Shown: piece by piece, positions 7,133-13,811 of the stretch
How the letters are laid out: every line of letters begins with the position of its first letter
Position numbering within the stretch: position 1 is the stretch's first letter
IMG/VR virus record: IMGVR_UViG_3300028361_000018
Source of the DNA: a virus
Taxonomy: Duplodnaviria > Heunggongvirae > Uroviricota > Caudoviricetes
Length of the DNA: 13,970 nt
Reading direction: 5' to 3' (one strand)
Notes under the pieces: generated by a model
Seen by the model: the letters and a program-made list of their open reading frames with translations, nothing else
Databases searched by the model: none
Told to the model about the DNA's origin: nothing
Made by a program: the position numbers and the translations under genes

Positions 7133-8321
7133 CTAATATCTCCTTGAGTGATGCTACTAGATAGCTCATCATCTCGTCTGTGTGCAAGGGAGTAGGAGCA
7201 ATACGAAGACGTTCTTGGCCGACAGGAACTGTAGGAAAGTTAATGCTTTGAACGTAGATTCCGTAATCTGTTAATAACCTATCGCTCAGCATCTTGCATC
7301 TAACTGCATTGCCTATCATTACAGGTACGATGTGAGTGCACGATGCCGGATGTACGCTTATGCCTGCGTCGGCTAGCATCTTCTTGAGACGGCTAGCACG
7401 TTCTTGGTGCTTGTCTCGTAGTTCGTTATGGTCCTTAAGATATTTTATGGATGCCAAGGCCCCTGCACAAATCACCGGACTTGTGCTGGTAGTGAATATA
7501 AATCCACTGGCTACACTGCGCACTGCATCTATGACGCTTCCATGGGCTGCTATGTATCCGCCTTGCACTCCAAAGGCTTTACCTAGGGTGCCATTAATAA
7601 TATCGATCCTGTCTTCAAGTCCAAGCTTTTCACACCACCCTGCACCGGTACTCCCGTACAGGCCCACAGCGTGAACTTCGTCGATATATGTAATTGCACC
7701 ATAGGCATCGGCCAGGTCGCAGACTTGAGAAATAGGAGATATATCACCATCCATGCTATACACAGATTCAAAGACAATACAGGGTGTGAGTCCTCGGGCT
7801 ACGGTATTCTTTAGTTTCTCTTCTAAGTCGCTCATATCATTGTGTTGCCATACTAATTTGTCAGCACCGCTGTGTCGTATACCTTGTATCAATGAAGCAT
7901 GGTTCATTGAGTCAGACAGGAACACAATATTGGGAATGATTTGTTTGAGAGCGATCAGTGTCCACTCATTAGCAACATAAGCAGAGGTATAGAGCAGTGC
8001 GCTGCCTTTTTTGTGCAGACGTGCCAGCTCAGATTCCAACGCTACATGATAGTGGCTTGTGCCGCTAATGTTTCTAGTTCCACCTGATCCACTTCCTGTT
8101 TGATCAAGTGCGGTATGCATTGCGTCAATAACTACTTTATTTTGCCCCATACCTAGATAATCGTTACTGCACCAGTTGACTATGTTCTTTATAGCATAAG
8201 GCCCGTACCAGAGGCTTTTAGGGAATAACCCGCGTTCGCGAAGTACGTCATTAAATACTCGATAGGCACCGGAGGCTTTTAAGGAGTCAGTTGTTTTTTG
8301 AAAAGGTGTTAGGTTTATCAT
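7122..8321 (-). CDS. hemA: 5-aminolevulinate synthase (PLP-dependent, C4/Shemin pathway)
   Basis: ALAS-type motifs [61 protein letters not shown] (PLP Lys), INFPTVP.G.ERLRI.P.P.H. ATG at 8321 (track start 8324 is TTG). Confidence 0.93.
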   Translation of the reverse strand: MINLTPFQKTTDSLKASGAYRVFNDVLRERGLFPKSLWYGPYAIKNIVNWCSNDYLGMGQNKVVIDAMHTALDQTGSGSGGTRNISGTSHYHVALESELARLHKKGSALLYTSAYVANEWTLIALKQIIPNIVFLSDSMNHASLIQGIRHSGADKLVWQHNDMSDLEEKLKNTVARGLTPCIVFESVYSMDGDISPISQVCDLADAYGAITYIDEVHAVGLYGSTGAGWCEKLGLEDRIDIINGTLGKAFGVQGGYIAAHGSVIDAVRSVASGFIFTTSTSPVICAGALASIKYLKDHNELRDKHQERASRLKKMLADAGISVHPASCTHIVPVMIGNAVRCKMLSDRLLTDYGIYVQSINFPTVPVGQERLRIAPTPLHTDEMMSYLVASLKEILDEH

Positions 8322-8327
8322 CAATTG

Positions 8328-8333
8328 TATTTA
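8328..8333 (-). promoter_or_regulatory. T4-like late promoter core directly upstream of hemA
   Basis: Minus strand AATAAATA-CAATTG-ATG; no SD present. Confidence 0.55.
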
Positions 8334-8376
8334 TTAAAACGCTGATTGGCTATTCCTTGTATCATTAATAATTACG

Positions 8377-8383
8377 ATAAATA
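8377..8383 (+). promoter_or_regulatory. T4-like late promoter core (ATAAATA)
   Basis: Upstream of SD AAGGAG 8393-8398; divergent from the hemA copy. Confidence 0.6.
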
Positions 8384-8406
8384 TCTAGTATAAAGGAGAG
8401 TATAAA

Positions 8407-8442
8407 ATGATTAAGATTGCAGGAACATATTGTGGCAGCTAA
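8407..8442 (+). other. 11-codon upstream ORF with strong SD, overlapping the next gene's start out of frame
   Basis: AAGGAG-N8-ATG; MIKIAGTYCGS*. Confidence 0.35.
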
Positions 8443-9403
8443 TGGAATTTCAACACTAGAGTTTAAACGTGATAGACAAAACGCAAAACTGGCATTGGCA
8501 GCAGCTAACAGAGGTATTAGTGGAAGACGTAGTAACCTGGATATATCACAGCTTCCTACAGTTTATAGCCCGACTAACAATACTGTCATTAATAATCCAA
8601 ACCTGGGTGGATTGATAGTGGGCCGACCGTGGACTGACCTATCACTGTTGCAAGCCCTAATTACCTCGCTCTTCGGCGCAGGCGAACAGGGCGCATTCTA
8701 CATCCCTCGGCCCATCGTCAACGGCGTGCAGTCGCTCTTTCAAGATGCGGCAGGCACTGTGCCGGTGACTGCGGACGGCGATCCCGTTGGGCTAATGCTG
8801 GATCAATCTGGGAATGGGAATCACGCCTTTCAGACTGTTAGCGGGAGAAGGCCGATATATAGAACTGATGGGACGTTGCATTGGCTAAAGTTTGATGGGG
8901 TAGATGACTTGCTAGTAACTGGACAAGTCGCATTCGATGGTGACGCCTTTCTTCTTATCTGGGGCGGGATAAACCCAACAGACTCTAGCTTATCGGGTAG
9001 GCCAGGATATAATTTCTTAAAAGTTGGAAGCAATAAGTATTTTGTAGAGTATTTAAACAGTTTCGATGAGAGCGCACGCAAAGTTTTATTAGAAGAATCC
9101 CCGCGTGGCACTATTTTTGCAAATGAAAGCCCCGCTTATCCGCCAAGGGGTACTCCTTTTGTGTCATGGTCTACTCAGGGCACCGTCGGAAAGATTGGCG
9201 TAATTGACACCCTGAGTGCTGTTGATGTAGGGAGTAAGTCGCTAGAGTCTTTTAATGCGAATCTTCGATTGGGATCTGGATTTGCGCAAAGTTTAGGGCC
9301 GCTTGTGCTTTTTGGCTATGTATGGCTATCTCGTACGCCAACAGAGTCGGAGCTTACTAATACCAATGCCTATCTTGCCGGATTATCAGGGATAACTCCA
9401 TGA
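8432..9403 (+). CDS. Chimeric virion/receptor-binding protein (N-terminal GGL..GRPW module plus tail-fibre/lectin-like domain)
   Basis: Likely GTG 8432 with SD AGGA 7 nt upstream (MAANGISTL...). LFQDAAGTVPVTADGDPVGLMLDQSGNGNHA ... LKFDGVDD resembles proteobacterial phage tail/LamG-like proteins (from memory, no search). Confidence 0.65.
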   Translation: MAANGISTLEFKRDRQNAKLALAAANRGISGRRSNLDISQLPTVYSPTNNTVINNPNLGGLIVGRPWTDLSLLQALITSLFGAGEQGAFYIPRPIVNGVQSLFQDAAGTVPVTADGDPVGLMLDQSGNGNHAFQTVSGRRPIYRTDGTLHWLKFDGVDDLLVTGQVAFDGDAFLLIWGGINPTDSSLSGRPGYNFLKVGSNKYFVEYLNSFDESARKVLLEESPRGTIFANESPAYPPRGTPFVSWSTQGTVGKIGVIDTLSAVDVGSKSLESFNANLRLGSGFAQSLGPLVLFGYVWLSRTPTESELTNTNAYLAGLSGITP

Positions 9404-9801
9404 CCACCTCTTATGTCCAGCGCGCCACAATCGCCGCCCCCATCAACCACATCCCCGACGCCAACCAACTAGCCCTATGCCTCGGCGAGTCAACACAAGA
9501 CGATCAGACATTCAACACGGCATCGTACCAAGACGCATCCGGCAATTTGTACGCAGTAGCCTCAACAGTCACTAAGCCCATCTTTGCAGAGCTAGCAGGC
9601 CAGCCGTTAAAAGCCCCTGACCATGCACCGGATATGGACATAGAAGCGGCTACAAGGGCACAGGCTCTGCTACAGATTAACGGCGGCATTGCAAGCCCGG
9701 ATGTTATCGCGGTGATACTGGGCGACCGTAAAGAGTCACCGCAGGATCACATAGCGGCGCTAGGGCTGACGCGGGTAGAGCAGGATCAACCAATTAATTA
9801 G
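9400..9801 (+). CDS. Partner protein of the tail-fibre-like gene (possible assembly/accessory protein)
   Basis: ATGA-coupled; about 58% GC over 9401-9520; function inferred from position. Confidence 0.55.
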   Translation: MTTSYVQRATIAAPINHIPDANQLALCLGESTQDDQTFNTASYQDASGNLYAVASTVTKPIFAELAGQPLKAPDHAPDMDIEAATRAQALLQINGGIASPDVIAVILGDRKESPQDHIAALGLTRVEQDQPIN

Positions 9802-9815
9802 CTATAGATGATTTA

Positions 9816-9842
9816 CCCCTGGTGTATTGCTACAGTCAGGGG
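9816..9842. terminator. Stem-loop terminator candidate
   Basis: CCCCTG/CAGGGG outer stem plus TGTA/TACA inner stem, followed by T-rich CAGTTGTTTCATTTTATT. Confidence 0.5.
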
Positions 9843-9908
9843 CAGTTGTTTCATTTTATTGTAAAAGCTATGCTTTTTTTAAAAGACCATCGTCTCATTG
9901 TAGAAAAC

Positions 9909-9914
9909 TATTTA
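9909..9914 (-). promoter_or_regulatory. Orphan late-promoter core (GATAAATAG) with no long ORF downstream
   Basis: TATTTA on + strand, intergenic. Confidence 0.35.
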
Positions 9915-9955
9915 TCTCTTGACCTTATGGTAGTATAATGTAGTGAAGTGTGAAC

Positions 9956-9961
9956 TAAATA
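9956..9961 (+). promoter_or_regulatory. T4-like late promoter core
   Basis: CTAAATAC upstream of SD AAGGA 9972-9976 and ATG 9988. Confidence 0.55.
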
Positions 9962-9987
9962 CTGCCACAGCAAGGAATTTCTATTAT

Positions 9988-10251
9988 ATGAAAAAGCGCA
10001 CGCGAAGCATTCTCGAAGAACTAAATCAAATCCACGGCGGGCGAGATAGTGATTTATTCATTGACGCTACTGCTAACAATATTATTGAAAGCGCTATCAA
10101 CTTGCTGACCAGAGTGCACAGTCTCTATGACGTTGACACTGCATCAGAGCTTGAAAGGCGATTCTTAAACAGCATAAAGAACGGTGACCCTAAAAAGTTT
10201 CAACGGTCTATGCAAAAGATAAAAGAGAGTAAACGCAATGATCCTAAGTGA
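9988..10251 (+). CDS. Hypothetical phage protein (helical)
   Basis: MKKRTRSILEELN...; ATG 9988 with SD is more likely than GTG 9943. Confidence 0.75.
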   Translation: MKKRTRSILEELNQIHGGRDSDLFIDATANNIIESAINLLTRVHSLYDVDTASELERRFLNSIKNGDPKKFQRSMQKIKESKRNDPK

Positions 10252-11104
10252 AGGCGGCGCAATGTCAGGTGTAGGAGCAATACACATTTCAGAAATAGAG
10301 CCCACTCTCAGCGCATTAGAAAAAGTACTAGGCATTGATCTTAAAAACAACGTGCTGGGCAGCGTAGGCAAGAAAGAGTTCTCGGGGGACATTGATGTTG
10401 CTCTCCAAATAGATACTGATAAGATTACAGAGTTTATGCAACGCCTCAAAAAAACACCCGAGGTACTAGATATTGCTAAAACTAGTGTGATCATGACCAA
10501 AGTAAAAATTGTAGGATACGATCCACAAAAGCAGACAACTGAACCAAGGACAGGATTCGTACAGCTAGACTTTATGCTGGGCGAGCCTGAATGGATGAAA
10601 ACATATTATCATTCCCCGACTGATAAAGAATCAAAGTATAAAGGTGTGTTTCGCAACCTAATGATTGCGTCTATTGCTGGTGCGTATGATAGGCAAGACT
10701 CAGACGAAACACTAGATGACGGAAGACCACTGCGCAGCCAGCGGTGGATGTTTTCTCCTACTGACGGACTTGTACGTGTGATTCGAACTCCTGTGCCCAA
10801 GAAAAGTAGCAACGGGTATACAAAAAAGAACGCTAATAAAAAGTTACAGGACGGTATTAAAAATCCTCAAGAGATTGCCAAAGCACTAGGACTAGATAGT
10901 GCATTAGACTTGAATTCTTTTGAAAGTCTAATAGCTGCTGTTAATAAAAACCATGCTGGACCATTAGCTAAAACTATCAAACAAAACTTTATAGCCAACA
11001 GCACAGTACAAGACATTGGTATTCCCAGCGAACTAACAGTAACAGAAACTCTAGCAGACAAGCATTTTGCACGTATTAAAGCACTACTGGAAAAACTAGC
11101 CTAA
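10238..11104 (+). CDS. Pol-beta superfamily nucleotidyltransferase
   Basis: LGSVGKKEFSGDIDV (hGS-x-DxD) and distal VQLDFM (third Asp); N-terminus MILSE-GG. Confidence 0.7.
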   Translation: MILSEGGAMSGVGAIHISEIEPTLSALEKVLGIDLKNNVLGSVGKKEFSGDIDVALQIDTDKITEFMQRLKKTPEVLDIAKTSVIMTKVKIVGYDPQKQTTEPRTGFVQLDFMLGEPEWMKTYYHSPTDKESKYKGVFRNLMIASIAGAYDRQDSDETLDDGRPLRSQRWMFSPTDGLVRVIRTPVPKKSSNGYTKKNANKKLQDGIKNPQEIAKALGLDSALDLNSFESLIAAVNKNHAGPLAKTIKQNFIANSTVQDIGIPSELTVTETLADKHFARIKALLEKLA

Positions 11105-11973
11105 TGATGGAATTTATAAAGGAACTGCACGAAGCACGTATGACCAAGGGCAGCAGCAACGTTGCCCAGTTGACATACACAGACTGCGGCGAAAGAATGT
11201 ATCTATTGCTGCTGGCCCTCGAAGTCATGCGGTTGTATCCTGCATTTAGGCCCATAGTACAACGCTACGCTAAGAGCACTGTTATGTTCGACAACTACAA
11301 GTACTACTTGAGCTCAGGAACAGACCTTTATAATTTTATCTACTTTTTAGTAGGCGACAACAGTGCGCAAGCCAAGCTTAAAGATCCACAGGCAGCCACA
11401 GCACTAAAACAGAAAACACGCATTCCGTTGATAGCGCTGAGCAGACATATGGAAGCACTGGCACAGGGACGAGAGCCCAGCTTGGTTACTAAATTGTTTA
11501 TAGATATCGAAGGCGCTATTCGACTGCCCACACAAGACTACAAGAAGATACGCCGTGGAATTAAAGACTTTCCTCGGTTAACTGCCAAAGAAAGACAAAC
11601 ACTGGTCACTAGACTTATATTTGCCGTGAGAGCAAAACTGAGAAGCTCAGACTTCATCAACAGCTTCGAAAAGTTTGCAACTGTTAAAAACCTAGAGAAT
11701 CCCAATGCTAGAGACCCAGAGCCCGAACTGAGCACGCCTGATGTTAAAACCAGTCCCGCCAACATAGCACTCTACAGTTATCTAGTAGGCCCGTCAAACA
11801 TAGCACAGACCAAACGATTCCTTGATATGGCCAAGAACGGCAACGCAGTGAGCGCGGAGATGTTGAAAGCATATATTCCTGTGATAGATATTATAGACGA
11901 TATAGTGCAAGGCGGCCCGGCATACGTACAAAACCTAAAAGCACTTCACAATAGAGCTAAAAAACGCAATTAA
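11104..11973 (+). CDS. Hypothetical protein with MEFIKELHE leader; candidate head-associated protein
   Basis: TAATG-coupled, 289 aa, no recognised catalytic motif. Confidence 0.75.
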   Translation: MMEFIKELHEARMTKGSSNVAQLTYTDCGERMYLLLLALEVMRLYPAFRPIVQRYAKSTVMFDNYKYYLSSGTDLYNFIYFLVGDNSAQAKLKDPQAATALKQKTRIPLIALSRHMEALAQGREPSLVTKLFIDIEGAIRLPTQDYKKIRRGIKDFPRLTAKERQTLVTRLIFAVRAKLRSSDFINSFEKFATVKNLENPNARDPEPELSTPDVKTSPANIALYSYLVGPSNIAQTKRFLDMAKNGNAVSAEMLKAYIPVIDIIDDIVQGGPAYVQNLKALHNRAKKRN

Positions 11974-11995
11974 CCCCGTAAATCTTAAAAAGACA

Positions 11996-12001
11996 TAAAT
12001 A
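11996..12001 (+). promoter_or_regulatory. T4-like late promoter core
   Basis: CATAAATAC, followed by an 8-bp hairpin (12011-12032) and SD AGGAG. Confidence 0.6.
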
Positions 12002-12058
12002 CTTTCATACAAGTTCATTAGAACATGAACTTACCATTTAGATACAGGAGAATATAAA

Positions 12059-12436
12059 ATGGCGGTAACATTAGATTTTGCAAAAGTAAACAGTAACCTA
12101 TACACACTAGGTACACTAGTAGGAACAGGTCAAGTACGTGCATATAAGGCAGTATTTGGAACAGCACTAACTTCCGACACACGTGCGGCCGGCGACGACG
12201 GCGAACCTGGGTCAATTCGCGGCCCTATTACCACTGGTACGTTGCGCCTAGTAGCTAACGAGCTAAATGCATTGGTGTTTGAAAGCAATGGTGACGGTAC
12301 TACTGTTGGGTTTGTTACTGAATTTCACCACGTAGATATAGCTAGTCTAGAACGTAGACTAGAGCACCTCGTAGACGATGGCACAGCTTCCCCACCACAA
12401 GTAACAGTTACTGAAGTAGGTCTAAAGCTTGCTTAA
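12059..12436 (+). CDS. Putative abundant structural protein
   Basis: 125 aa, G/T/V-rich; has its own promoter, strong SD and strong terminator. Confidence 0.7.
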   Translation: MAVTLDFAKVNSNLYTLGTLVGTGQVRAYKAVFGTALTSDTRAAGDDGEPGSIRGPITTGTLRLVANELNALVFESNGDGTTVGFVTEFHHVDIASLERRLEHLVDDGTASPPQVTVTEVGLKLA

Positions 12437-12460
12437 TTAGTATCCCTACCTAGTTTAGGC

Positions 12461-12493
12461 AAAAGAGTTCAGTTTTTACTGAGCTCTTTTTTT
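12461..12493 (+). terminator. Rho-independent terminator
   Basis: AAAAGAGTTCAGT-TTTT-ACTGAGCTCTTTT-TTT (13-bp stem with one G-U, U-tract). Confidence 0.85.
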
Positions 12494-12500
12494 ATGACTG

Positions 12501-12506
12501 TAAATA
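12501..12506 (+). promoter_or_regulatory. T4-like late promoter core, 4 nt before ATG
   Basis: GTAAATACACT-ATG, no SD. Confidence 0.6.
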
Positions 12507-12510
12507 CACT

Positions 12511-12909
12511 ATGAAATTCAAACTATACACACTGATCGATATAACAGAAACGGGTGGCCGCAAAGGTGATGATCCCAGAAAGATACAACAGCAACAAAAC
12601 TTCCTTACTATTTTACAGACAATTGGGCTGAGAGTTAATCCAGCATACGACCAAGCTCCTGTGCTGTTTTACGCTACTGCTGATGAGTTTAATCTAGGTA
12701 CTAATTTTAAAAATAGACAGAACGTATGGGTGTTTGAATTCGACATAGAACACGAAGACGCAATGTCTATTGACACACTGGTAAACGATTTTAATCTAGT
12801 GCCAATAATAGATCATCTAGACGAAACTGCTGAGTTCGAAAACGCACACTTTGTTACTCATAATACACAGTATCGAAATATCGTCTTTGAACTAGTTGAA
12901 TATAAATAA
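12511..12909 (+). CDS. Hypothetical phage protein
   Basis: 132 aa, MKFKLYTLIDITETG...; no SD. Confidence 0.75.
   Translation: MKFKLYTLIDITETGGRKGDDPRKIQQQQNFLTILQTIGLRVNPAYDQAPVLFYATADEFNLGTNFKNRQNVWVFEFDIEHEDAMSIDTLVNDFNLVPIIDHLDETAEFENAHFVTHNTQYRNIVFELVEYK
12901..12908 (+). promoter_or_regulatory. Full T4 late promoter consensus TATAAATA
   Basis: Overlaps the previous stop; SD TAAGGAG 12932-12938 follows. Confidence 0.6.
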
Positions 12910-12943
12910 GACTATACAACGCGGTTCACCGTAAGGAGATTAC

Positions 12944-13183
12944 ATGTCAGGGATAGAACCTACAGCATTAGAAAGATCTAGTCTAGAAGCGCATGTTGAT
13001 TTATGTGCTCTAAGATATAAAAACCTAAATGATCGTATTACCACCGTAGAAACAACTCTAATGAATATACGCACTGATATAAAGGAAGGGCAGTCATCCT
13101 TAATTAAGGTATTAATAGGAACTGCTGGCACTATTGTTGCCGGTTTGTTATCTACTATAGTTGTAATATTAGTTACCTTTTGA
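12944..13183 (+). CDS. Coiled-coil plus C-terminal TM protein (XhlA/holin-like)
   Basis: SLEAHVDLCALRY coiled-coil segment followed by hydrophobic LIGTAGTIVAGLLSTIVVILVTF. Confidence 0.6.
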   Translation: MSGIEPTALERSSLEAHVDLCALRYKNLNDRITTVETTLMNIRTDIKEGQSSLIKVLIGTAGTIVAGLLSTIVVILVTF

Positions 13184-13190
13184 GAACACG

Positions 13191-13197
13191 ATAAATA
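13191..13197 (+). promoter_or_regulatory. T4-like late promoter core, 4 nt before ATG
   Basis: GATAAATACAAT-ATG, no convincing SD. Confidence 0.6.
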
Positions 13198-13201
13198 CAA
13201 T

Positions 13202-13492
13202 ATGTTACTACGTGAACTTTTTACTAACCTACTAGACGAATCACAGACATGGGCTCGATCCGGAAAAAAGGTCGTGCGCAAGTACAGATGCGGCAGTGGA
13301 CCACGAAAAGGAAGAGTAGTGGCCAAAGCTGCACAATGTTTTGCAGCACCGGATATCAAAAAACGCCAAACAATGAAACGAACCAAAGCAAGACTGGGTT
13401 CAAGAATGATTCGTAAATCTAAGAAGACTAAAAAGATAAATCCTGCTAGTCGTAGAGTTCAATCTATGAACAAAGCATCAAGGAGAGTCTAA
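13202..13492 (+). CDS. Highly basic protein with MLLRELF leader; candidate DNA-condensing internal protein
   Basis: 29 K+R and 1 acidic residue in the 83 aa after LLDE. Confidence 0.75.
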   Translation: MLLRELFTNLLDESQTWARSGKKVVRKYRCGSGPRKGRVVAKAAQCFAAPDIKKRQTMKRTKARLGSRMIRKSKKTKKINPASRRVQSMNKASRRV

Positions 13493-13493
13493 A

Positions 13494-13811
13494 ATGTTTT
13501 TACGAGAGCTGTTCGAAGGTGTAGCCACAGTGTTTGGTACCAACAAAGGCAAGACTGTGCGCAAGTACCGTTGTACTAGCGGTAGCCGAAAAGGACGAAT
13601 TGTGGCCAAGCCTGCAACTTGTACAGCACCTAAAAATATGAAGGCATCTAATACTCTAAAAAAGACTAGACGCAGCCGTGGATCGTCTATTGATATCAAA
13701 CGATCAAGAACCAAACGTACAAATCCTTCGACTCAGAGACTAAGTCGAATCAACACCGGACGTAGGACTATAAGGCCTAAGAAGCGTACAGGATCAAAGG
13801 GGAGAATATGA
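13494..13811 (+). CDS. Highly basic paralog with MFLRELFE leader
   Basis: 31 K+R and 1 acidic residue in the 97 aa after LFE; shares VRKYRCxSGxRKGRxVAKxxxCxA. Confidence 0.75.
   Translation: MFLRELFEGVATVFGTNKGKTVRKYRCTSGSRKGRIVAKPATCTAPKNMKASNTLKKTRRSRGSSIDIKRSRTKRTNPSTQRLSRINTGRRTIRPKKRTGSKGRI

Noticed and set aside
7122-8321. The ORF as BioF, Kbl or serine palmitoyltransferase rather than ALAS
   Set aside because: It carries ALAS-characteristic segments (N-terminal [24 protein letters not shown]).
8360-8379. Imperfect palindrome TATCATTAATAATTACGATA as a Fur/Irr box for hemA
   Set aside because: Only 7 of 10 pairs in very AT-rich DNA, with no convincing match to the Fur or Irr (ICE) consensus.
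9919-9939. TTGACC ... TATAAT as a sigma70 promoter
   Set aside because: The spacer is only 9 nt, the -35 at 17-nt spacing is poor (TTTATC), and there is no TGn extension.
933-13714. Antisense or alternative-frame ORFs in the track (e.g. 933..1391-, 1622..1870-, 3718..3996-, 5770..6078-, 7336..7674+, 8830..9111-, 10165..10500-, 12940..13386-, 13478..13714-)
   Set aside because: They overlap better-supported genes and show no SD/promoter context or recognisable motifs; likely shadow ORFs.
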